Assembly (NCBI GenBank): GCA_965277805.1
Contig: OZ255842.1
Span: forward strand, 2,368,001 to 2,432,000
Length of the DNA: 64,000 nucleotides
Direction: 5' to 3'
Origin: Candidatus Lustribacter sp.
Lineage (GTDB): Bacteria; Vulcanimicrobiota; Vulcanimicrobiia; Vulcanimicrobiales; Vulcanimicrobiaceae
Shown: one piece after another, positions 10,054 through 19,276 of the stretch
Position numbering within the stretch: the stretch's first letter is position 1
Layout: each line of letters starts with the position of its first letter
Program-made: the position numbers and the translations under genes
Notes under the pieces: generated by a model
The model's database searches: none
What the model was told of the DNA's origin: nothing
Seen by the model: the letters and a program-made list of their open reading frames with translations, nothing else

Positions 10054-10907
10054 CAGACATTGCTATTACTCTCAAGACCCGGCCGGTACTTGCCCTCGAG
10101 GAAATCACCGATCCCAACGCGCCGGAACGCATCGTTTTGGTTCTTCGAGAGAAGGCCTTCGCGAGCTTGAGCGTACGCGACGGCCGCGTCCCAATCCATG
10201 CCGATCGAATAGGCATAGGCTTCTTTGGTGGCCGCAAGCGCCTCCGGATTCTTCTGCGCGAGCTCTTTGGCAAGGGTCATGACTTCATCGAGCAGTGACG
10301 CGCCGGGGACGGACGAGTTGACGAAGCCGATCTCCGCCGCCCGTTTACCATCGAACGGCCGGCCCGTGAGGCCGTAAAAGAGCGCGTCGCGCGGGCGGAG
10401 CAGGTTCGCGAGCGACTTACTCACCGGGCCGCCGGGAAAGAGCCCGAAATTGACTTCCGAGAGGCCGAACGTGGCCTCGTCGGCGGCGATCGCCAGATCG
10501 CAGCCCTCGACGATCGAGAACGCGCCGCCGAAGCAAAAGCCGTTGACCATCGCAATGGTCGGCTTCGGAAAGTGCCGCAGCGTGCGGCCGCGCCATTCCG
10601 TCGCGATGCGGTACACGCGGTCGAACTCATCGGGCTTGTCCTTGAGTTCCGTGAAGTATTGCTTGAGATCCATCCCTGCGCAAAAGCTGTCACCGGCACC
10701 CGTGATGACGACCACCCGGGCCGCGGCATCATAGCGCAACTGCTCGAGAGCAGCCGTCACGTCGAGGTGCAGTTGCGGGCTCATGGCGTTGCGCTTGGCG
10801 GGCCGATTCAGCGTTAGAACGGCGACGTTGTCGGCCGTCTCGACCAGAATGGTCTCGAATGAGTACTCGGGCACGGAAAATCCCCCGGCGACGGCGCTAA
10901 AAGCCAT
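10053..10907 (-). CDS. p-Hydroxycinnamoyl-CoA hydratase/lyase-like crotonase (divergent paralog)
   Basis: LNRPAKRNAMSP, AGMDLKQYF, KPTIAMVNGFCFGG, FGLSEVNFG, C-terminal YRPGL. True start may be GTG at 10874. Confidence 0.85.
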   Translation of the reverse strand: MAFSAVAGGFSVPEYSFETILVETADNVAVLTLNRPAKRNAMSPQLHLDVTAALEQLRYDAAARVVVITGAGDSFCAGMDLKQYFTELKDKPDEFDRVYRIATEWRGRTLRHFPKPTIAMVNGFCFGGAFSIVEGCDLAIAADEATFGLSEVNFGLFPGGPVSKSLANLLRPRDALFYGLTGRPFDGKRAAEIGFVNSSVPGASLLDEVMTLAKELAQKNPEALAATKEAYAYSIGMDWDAAVAYAQAREGLLSKNQNDAFRRVGIGDFLEGKYRPGLESNSNV

Positions 10908-10920
10908 TAAGCACCTTAAT
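10906..10920. promoter_or_regulatory. Palindromic operator (candidate MarR site)
   Basis: ATTAAG-CAC-CTTAAT; a similar GTTAAGTATCTAATC lies at 8392-8406 upstream of the SBP gene. Confidence 0.55.
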
Positions 10921-11029
10921 CAGTTAGCATCTGCACTATAATTGGAAACGAGCTCCACGTCAACGGGGTGGGCCGCAAAAAAAGAAATGCGTTTTCGCTG
11001 GGCCTACGGGCACCCCGCTCCGGCGCGGG

Positions 11030-11665
11030 TTAGTCGGGTGCGAATCTCGCGATGGCGTCGTGTGCCAGCGCGACGATCAGCGGTTGAACCGAGCCCGCAT
11101 CGCGGCCGCGACCCGCGAGGTCGGCGTAAAAGCCATAACTCGTCAGCGCGAAAAGAACGTCCGCCAGTGCCGGCGCCCGGTCGCTATCGATGTGCCCGGC
11201 AGCCGAGAGCCGCAATGTGAGGACGTTGAAGAGCCGGCGCCGCCGTTCGTTTCGCGCCGCGAGCGAGCTGCTGAACTCGGGATCCGTCGTTCCTAGCGCA
11301 TAGAGGCTCCCCAGCACCGCCCGGTCGGCCATCCAAAAATCGACGAAGAGCGCAATGACGGCATCGATCGATGCCACCGGATCGGACAGCCGCATGGCAT
11401 CCGGAATTCTCTCGAGGCCGCCGCGCTTGGCTCGTTCGTCGAAAACCGCTTCGAAGAGCGCACTACGCGAGCCGAAGGCATTGTACACCGTCAGGCGCGT
11501 AACGCCCGCGGCCTTGGCAACGGCATCGAGCGAGCACCGCTGCGCACCGGTGGGTGAGCGCAGCAGACGGGTGGCGGCAGCAACCAAACGCGCGCGCGTC
11601 TTCTCCGCGGCGGCCTCGCGCGCCGGGCTGCGATAACCCCGGGGGCTCTCCTGCTTGCGTTCCAT
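11030..11665 (-). CDS. TetR/AcrR family regulator
   Basis: SLDAVAKAAGVTRLTVYNAFGSRSAL HTH. Confidence 0.92.
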   Translation of the reverse strand: MERKQESPRGYRSPAREAAAEKTRARLVAAATRLLRSPTGAQRCSLDAVAKAAGVTRLTVYNAFGSRSALFEAVFDERAKRGGLERIPDAMRLSDPVASIDAVIALFVDFWMADRAVLGSLYALGTTDPEFSSSLAARNERRRRLFNVLTLRLSAAGHIDSDRAPALADVLFALTSYGFYADLAGRGRDAGSVQPLIVALAHDAIARFAPD

Positions 11666-11675
11666 CTATATTAGG

Positions 11676-11690
11676 TATACACTACGTATA
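11676..11690. promoter_or_regulatory. Candidate TetR operator
   Basis: TATAC-N5-GTATA palindrome in the short divergent intergenic region. Confidence 0.5.
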
Positions 11691-11711
11691 GTCAAATTGG
11701 AGTCGCATCAA

Positions 11712-12392
11712 ATGCTCGTTCAACGCCATCATTCTCCGCCGCCGGGAATCGTCGCTACGGTGTTCGTGGTACTGTTTTGCACCGGCCTGTACTTCGTCAC
11801 ATCGTTCAACGGAATGCCGTACTTCCCGGGACCGTGGGCGTCACATACGGAGATCGAGCGCTATTTCGTGCTTCGAAGTCCGCAGGCGATGCTGTGCGCT
11901 TTCTTCCAATTTGGATCGGCGATCCCGCTCGGAATCTTTGCAGCAAGCGCCGCCGACCGGCTCCACTTCCTCGGCATTCGTGCCGCGGGCGTCGAAATCG
12001 CAAAGTTCGGCGGCGCGATGACGGCGATGCTGATCGCGGTATCGTCAGGGATCCTCTGGGCAATGACGGCACCGAACGTGAACCAGTCGCCCGGAGTGAT
12101 CGACGCGCTGTACTTCGCGGCGTTCGTGTTCGGCGGCGTCGGCTTCTCGATTCCGTTCGGCTTGCTCATCGCCGGGATCGCCGTGCCCGCGTACGTTACG
12201 CACCTTCTCCCGCGGTGGTTCGTCTTTGCCGGCGTCGCCGTCGCGCTCTGCGGCGAACTCAGCTGGTTGCAGATGGTCGCGCCGTCGCTGCTCTTTCTGA
12301 TTCCGTTGACGCGCTTTCCGGGTTTCCTCTGGATCATCGCGGCCGGCTTTCTGCTCCCCGCGCACAGGCGAGGCGCGCCGGCTGCTAGCTGA
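11712..12392 (+). CDS. Multi-pass membrane protein (DUF4386-like)
   Basis: About 6 hydrophobic segments; LLPRWF..G motif; divergent from the TetR gene. Confidence 0.7.
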   Translation: MLVQRHHSPPPGIVATVFVVLFCTGLYFVTSFNGMPYFPGPWASHTEIERYFVLRSPQAMLCAFFQFGSAIPLGIFAASAADRLHFLGIRAAGVEIAKFGGAMTAMLIAVSSGILWAMTAPNVNQSPGVIDALYFAAFVFGGVGFSIPFGLLIAGIAVPAYVTHLLPRWFVFAGVAVALCGELSWLQMVAPSLLFLIPLTRFPGFLWIIAAGFLLPAHRRGAPAAS

Positions 12393-12828
12393 AGTTGCCC
12401 TTGATCCGCTGAAGCGTACGCCGCAATACCGCAATCTCGTCATCGGAGATTCCGGTGAGAGCCCCTTCGAGCACGTCGCCGGCATAGCCGTGCAGCGTGT
12501 CGCGCATCGTCCGGCCGGCCGGGGTCAACCGCACGTGGGTTTTGCGGCGGTCGGTCGTGCTGCGCACGCGCTCGATCAGACCCAGCCGCACGAGCGCGTC
12601 GAGCGTCCCGACCATCGTCGGCTCGAGCACGCCCACGCGGTTGGCGATCTCGCGTTGCGTAAGCCCCTCTTCTTGCCACAGTTCGCGCAGCACGTAGTAC
12701 TGCGGCAGCGAGATGCCGTGCGGTACGAGCCGCGTGGTCAGATCGTTGAGGATACGCCGCGCGGTATCGCGGAGCAAATAGCCGATGCTGTTATTCGTAT
12801 CCGCGTCGAACCCGCGGCCGGCGCGCAT
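12385..12828 (-). CDS. MarR family transcriptional regulator
   Basis: SIGYLLRDTAR, GLTQREIA, GLIERVRSTTDRR. Confidence 0.92.
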   Translation of the reverse strand: MRAGRGFDADTNNSIGYLLRDTARRILNDLTTRLVPHGISLPQYYVLRELWQEEGLTQREIANRVGVLEPTMVGTLDALVRLGLIERVRSTTDRRKTHVRLTPAGRTMRDTLHGYAGDVLEGALTGISDDEIAVLRRTLQRIKGNFS

Positions 12829-14018
12829 TACAACGGCGCGCCGCCCGGCTTCGTCACGCCCTTGAACGTGGCGTCGGCGGCATTCCAGCGAATGACGATC
12901 GCCGTGTTTTCCGAGAGACCGCGCTGGCTGCCGTCACGGAAGTCGTACACGCCGTTGATGCCCGTCCAGCTGTGCAGCCCTTCGATGTAGCCGCGCACCG
13001 CCTCAGGAGACGCGCCGAGCCCGACGTGCTTGAGCGCATCGACCACGATCAGCGCCGGATCCCACGAAAACGAATGCGCGACGTCCGGCTTCACGCCGAC
13101 CGCGGCAAACGATTTGAAGAACAGGTTTTGGGCATCGCGAATCGGACCCGGTCCGACTTGCTCGCGAGCGAAAAAACGCGGGCTCGGAAAGTACATTTGC
13201 TTGGGTGTAAACGACTTGTACTGCGCGAGTTGCGGATACGTGAGGTTCCCGTTACCACCGAGCACCGGGATGTCGATGCCGGCGTCGGTGATGCCGTGCA
13301 GCAGGGTGCCGAACGGCGTGCCGGTCGACCAGGCGACGATCGCATCCGGCTTCAGCGAGGCCATGTGCGCGATCTGCGCGCTCACCGTCACGTCGGTGGG
13401 GTTGAAGTGTTCTTGCACGATCAGCGAGAGCCCGGCATTCTCCGGCCGGTGCGACGCTTCGACGAACGCGCGCTCCGCGTCTTGGCCGCTGGCGTCGGTC
13501 GAGGTGATGATCGCGACGCGATTCCAATGTTTGCCGTGGAAGAAGCGCAGCGACGCGATCGCGAGATCGTCGGTGCTGATGCTCGATGAGAACGTGTAGC
13601 TGTTGGCGACCGGATGAATGCCGGGCGAGAAACAGAACTGCACCGGACCGGCGGCTTTGACGAGCGCTGCCATCGCGTTACACATCGCAACGACCGCGCT
13701 GCCGAGAATCACCGGAGGCTTCTTCGCGAGCGCGCCGTTCGTCAGCTGAATGGCGACTTGCGGATTGGACTGATCGTCTTGCACGGCGAAGTGAATCGGC
13801 CGCCCCTTGATGCCGCCCGACGTGTTGACCATCTTCTCGATGATCTGCAGCGACTGCAGCTCGGAAGTACCGAGAAAGGCGCCCCCGCCCGTAAGCGGCA
13901 TGACGACGGGGATCTCGAACGGATCGGCCGCCGCAGCCGGCAATGCGGCGGGCGCCGCGAGCAGCATGACGGCCGCGGCGAGGACGGCGCCGGCGAGGCG
14001 CTTGACGGGGATCAGCAT
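12828..14018 (-). CDS. ABC substrate-binding protein, LivJ/PBP1 type
   Basis: Signal peptide; close paralog of 7157..8371 (DDQSNPQV, GINGVYDFRDGSQRGL). Confidence 0.88.
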   Translation of the reverse strand: MLIPVKRLAGAVLAAAVMLLAAPAALPAAAADPFEIPVVMPLTGGGAFLGTSELQSLQIIEKMVNTSGGIKGRPIHFAVQDDQSNPQVAIQLTNGALAKKPPVILGSAVVAMCNAMAALVKAAGPVQFCFSPGIHPVANSYTFSSSISTDDLAIASLRFFHGKHWNRVAIITSTDASGQDAERAFVEASHRPENAGLSLIVQEHFNPTDVTVSAQIAHMASLKPDAIVAWSTGTPFGTLLHGITDAGIDIPVLGGNGNLTYPQLAQYKSFTPKQMYFPSPRFFAREQVGPGPIRDAQNLFFKSFAAVGVKPDVAHSFSWDPALIVVDALKHVGLGASPEAVRGYIEGLHSWTGINGVYDFRDGSQRGLSENTAIVIRWNAADATFKGVTKPGGAPL

Positions 14019-14081
14019 GCAGATGCTCCAGAAGGCTCTAGGTACTTTGCTAATCGAATGATTTGGTGTACTATGGGTTCA

Positions 14082-15275
14082 ATGCCTGCCCCAACGCTGC
14101 GTCTCGGAGCGATCGGCCTCGGCCGGGCCGCCGCGACGATGCTGCCGAGCCTGCTTGCTCACCCCAACGTACGGCTTACGGCAGCAGCCGATCCGAATCC
14201 CGAGGCGCGGGCGCGCTTCGAGGCCGATTTCGGCGGCACGACCTATGCGAGCGCCGCCGAGCTGTGTGCCTCGCCGGCTGTGGATGCCGTCTATATTGCC
14301 AGCCCGCACCAGTTTCACGCAGCCGACGTAATGACGGCGGCGCGCAACGGCAAGCACGCGATCGTCGAGAAACCGATGGCGCTCACGGTCGAGGAATGCC
14401 GCGCCATGACCGATGCCGCCGAGAGCAACGGCGTGGTGCTCGTCGTCGGTCATAGCGCGGGTTTCAACCCGACGATCAAGATGATTCGCGAGATCGTCGC
14501 GAGCGGCGAAGTCGGGCCGCTGCGCATGATGACGAATCTCGTTTATACGAACTTCCTTTACCGGCCGCGCCGCCCGGAGGAACTCGACACCGCGCAAGGC
14601 GGCGGCATCATCTTCAATCAGATCCCGCATCAGCTCGACATGATCCGCGTGATTCACGGCGGTCCGCTGGAAAGCGCGTACGCCGTCACCGGCGTGTGGG
14701 ACCAAACGCGGCCGACCGAAGGCGCGATGACCGCACTCTTGCAATTCGAAGACGGTGTGGCCGCGTCGCTGACCTATAGCGGGTACGATCACTTCGACAC
14801 CGATGAATTTCACGATTGGGTCGGCGAGGGCGGGGCTGAGAAAAAGCCCGGCTACGGATCGCTCCGCCGCGAGCTGCGCAAGTTCGCCACGCCGGCCGAG
14901 GAAGCGCGTGCACGGACGGCCAGCGGCTTTGCCGGGCGCGGCATCGCGAAACCGCAAGGCCCCATGCACCATCCGCATTTCGGGCTGCTGCTCGTGAGCT
15001 GCGAGAAAGCCGACCTGCGGCCGTCGCCCGACGGCGTGCTGGTGTACGATACCGACGGTGTCCACGAACTGATCGCGCCGCCGGCGCGCACCTACCCGAA
15101 CAAAGACGGCGTCATCGACGAACTCTACGATGCCGTCGTGAGCGGCGAACCGCCGCTGCACGACGGCCGCTGGGGAACCGCGACGACGGCCGCAGCCATT
15201 GCCCTGCTCCAAAGTGCGCGCGAACGGCGCGTCATCACGCTCGCCAACGAGGACCGACCACATGCTTTCCGCTGA
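14082..15275 (+). CDS. Gfo/Idh/MocA oxidoreductase, phthalate 4,5-cis-dihydrodiol dehydrogenase-like
   Basis: LRLGAIGLGRA, VEKPMA, TNFLYRPRRPEELDTAQGGGIIFNQIPHQLD, YSGYDHFD. Confidence 0.85.
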   Translation: MPAPTLRLGAIGLGRAAATMLPSLLAHPNVRLTAAADPNPEARARFEADFGGTTYASAAELCASPAVDAVYIASPHQFHAADVMTAARNGKHAIVEKPMALTVEECRAMTDAAESNGVVLVVGHSAGFNPTIKMIREIVASGEVGPLRMMTNLVYTNFLYRPRRPEELDTAQGGGIIFNQIPHQLDMIRVIHGGPLESAYAVTGVWDQTRPTEGAMTALLQFEDGVAASLTYSGYDHFDTDEFHDWVGEGGAEKKPGYGSLRRELRKFATPAEEARARTASGFAGRGIAKPQGPMHHPHFGLLLVSCEKADLRPSPDGVLVYDTDGVHELIAPPARTYPNKDGVIDELYDAVVSGEPPLHDGRWGTATTAAAIALLQSARERRVITLANEDRPHAFR

Positions 15276-16539
15276 AGAAAACGCGCTTCTCACCAACGTT
15301 ACCGGCGACGCGCCGATGGGTCAGATGATGCGGCGCTATTGGGTGCCGGCGTGTCTCTCCGAGGAGGTCGCCGAACGCGATTGCACGCCGCATCGCACGC
15401 AGATCTTCGGCGACCGCCTCGTCGTGTTCCGCGATTCCGACGGCAAACTCGGCGTCGTCGACGAGCGCTGTCCGCACCGTCTCGCATCGCTCGCGCTTGG
15501 ACGCAACGAAGACGGCGGACTGCGCTGCATCTATCACGGCTGGAAGTTCAACACGGCCGGCGCGTGCGTCGACATGCCGACGGAGCCGGGCGAACACGGC
15601 TTCCGCGATCGCATGAAGCTGAAGAGCTATCCGGTGCGCGAGGCGGGCGGCATGGTCTGGACCTATCTCGGCCCGGCCGGCACCGAACCCAAATTTCCGG
15701 AATACGACTGGATGAAGCTGCCGCGCGATCAGTACGCGACGGTGAAGGTCGGCGAACGCGTCAACTACGCGCAGGCGATCGAAGGCGCGATCGATTCATC
15801 GCACTCGTGGTTCTTGCATCAGGGCATCATCTGGGATTGGAAGAAACGCGCCGAAATCTCGATGGACACCTCGCCGAAGATGGAATGCGAGGACACGAGC
15901 TACGGGTTCCGCTACGCCGCAATCCGCCGCCCGACGACGAATCCCGATACCGAGAAATACGTGCGCGTGACGATCTTCCTCGTGCCGTTCACCGCGTTCA
16001 TTCCGCGTCCGCTCGAGAAAACGCAGAACTGCCACATCCAAATCTTCGTGCCGGTCGACAACGAGCGCACGATCTTCTACGGCGTCTTCTTCAGCCAAGA
16101 CGGCAGCAAGGTCGACGAAGCCGAGACGCGGCGTAAGCACCACCTCGTACCCGGCGTCGACCTCGACCGCAACTGGTACAAATTGGCCACCGAAGAGAAC
16201 TGGTTCAACCAGGACCGCGAAGCGATGAAGAACGGCAGCTACACCGGCATCAACGGTTTCTCCAACCAAGACATGGCGTGTCAGGAATCGATGGGGCCGA
16301 TCGTCGACCGCACCGCCGAACACCTCGGCACTTCCGACATCGCGATCATCCGCATGCGCAAACGCATGCTCGAAGCCGTGCGCCTCTTCCAAGCCGGCCA
16401 GCCCCTCATCGGCCTCGACCCGAACCTCCACTACGACAAGATCCGCACCGAACAACTGATCATCCCAATCGACCAGCCCTGGCAAACCGTAGGAGCCTAC
16501 GCCGGCGAATACACCGCCAAAGAACCCGCCCGCGTGTAA
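15262..16539 (+). CDS. Rieske non-heme oxygenase alpha subunit (phthalate 4,5-dioxygenase/LigX-like)
   Basis: CPHR...CIYHGWKF Rieske motif; EGAIDSSHSWFLH iron site; QDMACQESMG. Confidence 0.92.
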   Translation: MLSAEENALLTNVTGDAPMGQMMRRYWVPACLSEEVAERDCTPHRTQIFGDRLVVFRDSDGKLGVVDERCPHRLASLALGRNEDGGLRCIYHGWKFNTAGACVDMPTEPGEHGFRDRMKLKSYPVREAGGMVWTYLGPAGTEPKFPEYDWMKLPRDQYATVKVGERVNYAQAIEGAIDSSHSWFLHQGIIWDWKKRAEISMDTSPKMECEDTSYGFRYAAIRRPTTNPDTEKYVRVTIFLVPFTAFIPRPLEKTQNCHIQIFVPVDNERTIFYGVFFSQDGSKVDEAETRRKHHLVPGVDLDRNWYKLATEENWFNQDREAMKNGSYTGINGFSNQDMACQESMGPIVDRTAEHLGTSDIAIIRMRKRMLEAVRLFQAGQPLIGLDPNLHYDKIRTEQLIIPIDQPWQTVGAYAGEYTAKEPARV

Positions 16540-16548
16540 GGTTTTTTA

Positions 16549-16597
16549 TGTCATCCCGAGCGGGGCACCGCAGGTGCGCAGACGAGGGATGCGCCAC
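16549..16597 (+). repeat. REP-like palindromic element, copy 1
   Basis: TGTCATCCCGAGC-gggGCACCgcaGGTGCgca-GACGAGGGATGCGCCAC. Confidence 0.75.
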
Positions 16598-16611
16598 GAC
16601 CTAATTATCGA

Positions 16612-16687
16612 GTGCGACCGCGAAGGCGGGAGCAGTGGTATAAAAAGACGTTGTAAGTAACCACTACTCCCGCCTTCGCGGTCGCAC
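16612..16687. repeat. 28-bp inverted repeat (1 mismatch) with a 20-bp AT-rich loop, between convergent genes
   Basis: GTGCGACCGCGAAGGCGGGAGCAGTGGT ... ACCACTACTCCCGCCTTCGCGGTCGCAC. Confidence 0.85.
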
Positions 16688-16713
16688 GCTAATCGCCGAG
16701 ATCCCGCTTGTTG

Positions 16714-16980
16714 CTACGCGCCTCTCTTGTTGACGGTGGCGTAGGCGATGCGTTTGGCTTCTTCGGCGGGTTTGCCGGCGGCTTCTTCGGATTCGATGAT
16801 GTGTTCGGCTTGGCGTTTTTCTTTCGCCGTATACCGGTGCGCATCGGGGTTGAGTTTGTTGACGGTGGCGTAACCGACGCCCTCAGCTTCGCCCGCGCCC
16901 ATGCCGCGCTCCATCTCGCTCTCTTTGATGTGCTCGACTTGGCGGTGTTCTTTCGCGGAGTAACGATGTTTGCGCGCCAT
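16714..16980 (-). CDS. Small stress-type protein with two tandem Y(S/T)xKxxRQxEHIxES...YATVNK repeats
   Basis: 88 aa from ATG 16980; internal duplication HRYSAKEHRQVEHIKES..YATVNK / HRYTAKEKRQAEHIIES..YATVNK. Confidence 0.75.
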   Translation of the reverse strand: MARKHRYSAKEHRQVEHIKESEMERGMGAGEAEGVGYATVNKLNPDAHRYTAKEKRQAEHIIESEEAAGKPAEEAKRIAYATVNKRGA

Positions 16981-16984
16981 CGCG

Positions 16985-17200
16985 TTAGCCGGCGTGGACG
17001 TCGCGCTGATCGTCTTCATTCGGCTGCGCGGAATCATCGCCGTAGACGACTTCCGGCGTAACGCTGATTCCGGCCACGTCGGCTTCCTCGCGCGTGAGAG
17101 CCGGATCGCGCTCGTTCTGAGTGCGCAGCTGGCGAGGCATGCCCGAATCCGGGTGGTCATCGACTTCGTCGGGCAGGGCATTCTTGTAGTCGTTCGTCAT
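16985..17200 (-). CDS. Small acidic hypothetical protein
   Basis: 71 aa, AGGAG RBS, 4-bp gap to the downstream gene. Confidence 0.6.
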   Translation of the reverse strand: MTNDYKNALPDEVDDHPDSGMPRQLRTQNERDPALTREEADVAGISVTPEVVYGDDSAQPNEDDQRDVHAG

Positions 17201-17312
17201 CGCGTGAGTTCTCCTGAGGTGGCCTTTCCCCGTCCGGACCTTCTCTCACGCCAACCGCCCGCCAGTCTTCCCCATGAAGGAAAGTTTCTCAAGCCCGCGC
17301 CAAAGCGATCAG

Positions 17313-18527
17313 ATGAGCACCAATCCGCCGAAAAAGCGCCTGATTCTCGGCTTGCTGTGGACGGCGTTCTTCGTCGCCTACCTCGACCGGACGAACATCT
17401 CGGTCGCCGGTCCGACGATGATGAAGGCGCTGAACATGTCGCCGCAGACGTTCGGCTACGTGCTGGCGTCATTTACGGCCGGTTACGCGCTGATGCAGAT
17501 TCCGGGCGGCATGTTCGCCGATCGCTTCGGCGCGAAGCGCATGCTGATCATCGCGCTGCTGGTCTGGTCGCTCTTCACCGGGCTCACGGGGCTGGCCGTT
17601 TCGGTCGGCATGCTCATCGCGGTGCGCTTCTTCTTCGGCGTCGGCGAGGGACTCGAGAACGGCGCGCACTTCAAGGCAATCGGCGACACGTTCGCCTCGC
17701 ACGAACGCTCGGCCGCAAGCGGGATCTTCCATACGGCACTCGCGCTCGGGCCGGCGTTCGTCGCGCCGATTGCCGCGTTCACGATCGCGAGCTCCGGCTG
17801 GCAAATGCTGTTTCTGCTCTTCACGATTCCGGGCGTGCTCGTCGCGGCGCTGATCTGGGGCTTCTTTCCGGCGACGACCGGCAACCCGCGCACCGACCAC
17901 GCCGAAGATGCAACCGGGGCCGGCTCGTTCGGCGAGATGATCTCGCGTCCGTTGGCGTGGCTGCCGTTCGCGGCGTACTTGCTCTTCAACGTCGCGTTCT
18001 GGGGCTTGTTGAACTGGATGCCGTCGTACTTGAGCGCGGAGCGGCACATCGACTTGAAGTCGCTCGGTCTGATCGCGTCGATTCCATACCTGTGCGGCTT
18101 CTGCGGCTTGCTGATTCTCGGCTATCTCGGGAAGGGTTTGCTGTACCGTTACCGGCCGCTCTTGCTCGGCGCGAGTTATCTGCTGGCGGGACTCGGATTA
18201 TTTCTCGCGTTCACTGCGGACAGCGTCGTCGCGTGCGTTGCCGGCCTATCGTTCGGCGCGTTTTTTCTCTACGGCGGCTTCGGACCGTTCTGGGCCGTCG
18301 CGCTCGACGTCGTGCCCGCAAAGCTGCGCGGCACGTTCAGCGGCTTCGTCAACTTCGGCGGTCAAATCGGCGGATTTTTCTCACCGATCGTCGTCGGCAG
18401 CATCGTGCAGAACACGAAGTCCTACTCCGGCGGCTTCGTCTTCATGATCGGCGCGCTGATCCTCGCCGGCGCAACGATGGTCGCGATCCAGCAAGGCCAA
18501 CGCCTCCCGCAACCCGCCGCCGCTTAA
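17313..18527 (+). CDS. MFS transporter, anion:cation symporter (phthalate permease-like)
   Basis: YLDRTNISVA, QIPGGMFADRFGAKR, RFFFGVGEG; about 12 TM segments. Confidence 0.9.
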   Translation: MSTNPPKKRLILGLLWTAFFVAYLDRTNISVAGPTMMKALNMSPQTFGYVLASFTAGYALMQIPGGMFADRFGAKRMLIIALLVWSLFTGLTGLAVSVGMLIAVRFFFGVGEGLENGAHFKAIGDTFASHERSAASGIFHTALALGPAFVAPIAAFTIASSGWQMLFLLFTIPGVLVAALIWGFFPATTGNPRTDHAEDATGAGSFGEMISRPLAWLPFAAYLLFNVAFWGLLNWMPSYLSAERHIDLKSLGLIASIPYLCGFCGLLILGYLGKGLLYRYRPLLLGASYLLAGLGLFLAFTADSVVACVAGLSFGAFFLYGGFGPFWAVALDVVPAKLRGTFSGFVNFGGQIGGFFSPIVVGSIVQNTKSYSGGFVFMIGALILAGATMVAIQQGQRLPQPAAA

Positions 18528-19276
18528 CGCACGGGCGCGTATCCGCCGGGCTCGTACTCGAAGCCCGCCCGGCGCGTCCAGTACTCCCACGCCCGTTGAT
18601 TGCCCATACCGGCGCGCCGTGCGCCGCCGCCGCTGCCGATCTCGGCGTCGGAGAGCGTCTTCACGTCTCCTAAGCGCAGCGCTTCGAGATAAATCTTCGC
18701 GTTGCGCGGCATGTAGACCGCGATCGTCACGACGTCGACGAGCGATGGGGCTGCTGCGGCAAAACCGTGTCCGCGCATGAGCACGACGCTGTTGGAACCG
18801 AGCCGTGCCGCCAGTGCGCGACCGTGATCCATGTTTTGCACGAGCAGGTTCGTCGCATCGCCGAACTCCTCGTCGATATCCCAAACCGGCGCTTGTTTAC
18901 CGATGCTCTTGGCCGGGCCGAGCACCGGCCGCAGCGGCGTCTGGGTAACGGTAAACGGCAGCACTTCATCCGCGTGCGAATGCACGACCGCGCCGGCATC
19001 CGGCCGCGCTGCGTAAATCGCCGCATGAATAAAGCGCTCGATGTAGCGTTCGCGCTCGTCGCCGCCGAGTGCATTGCCGTTGAGGTCGAACTCCATGATG
19101 TCTTCGACCGTCACCACCTCCGGACTGCGTGCACGCGAGAGCAGAAAGTGGTCGGGCCGATCCGGGTGGCGGACGCTGATGTGGCCGAAGGTGTCGACGA
19201 CGTCTTCGTGCGCCAGAATGCGGTTCGCGATCATGAGATCGCGCTTCAGGCGCGTCAGTTCGCTGCTCTCGGTCAT
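18524..19276 (-). CDS. Class II aldolase/adducin family protein (decarboxylase-like)
   Basis: GHISVRHP, ERFIHAAIY, VVHSH, LMRGHG. Start MTESS at 19276 overlaps the upstream stop. Confidence 0.88.
   Translation of the reverse strand: MTESSELTRLKRDLMIANRILAHEDVVDTFGHISVRHPDRPDHFLLSRARSPEVVTVEDIMEFDLNGNALGGDERERYIERFIHAAIYAARPDAGAVVHSHADEVLPFTVTQTPLRPVLGPAKSIGKQAPVWDIDEEFGDATNLLVQNMDHGRALAARLGSNSVVLMRGHGFAAAAPSLVDVVTIAVYMPRNAKIYLEALRLGDVKTLSDAEIGSGGGARRAGMGNQRAWEYWTRRAGFEYEPGGYAPVR

Noticed and set aside
13614-14072. Long N-terminal extensions (also on ORFs 18524..19894, 33930..35159, 34708..36261, 59650..61101)
   Set aside because: They overlap real neighbouring genes and are GC-rich open-frame artefacts with no family motifs.
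16970-18673. Long alternative-frame or antisense ORFs (e.g. 16970..18673, 46014..47390, 55039..56424, 60981..62393)
   Set aside because: They have low-information Arg/Ala-rich or mirror-codon composition and lie over well-supported genes.
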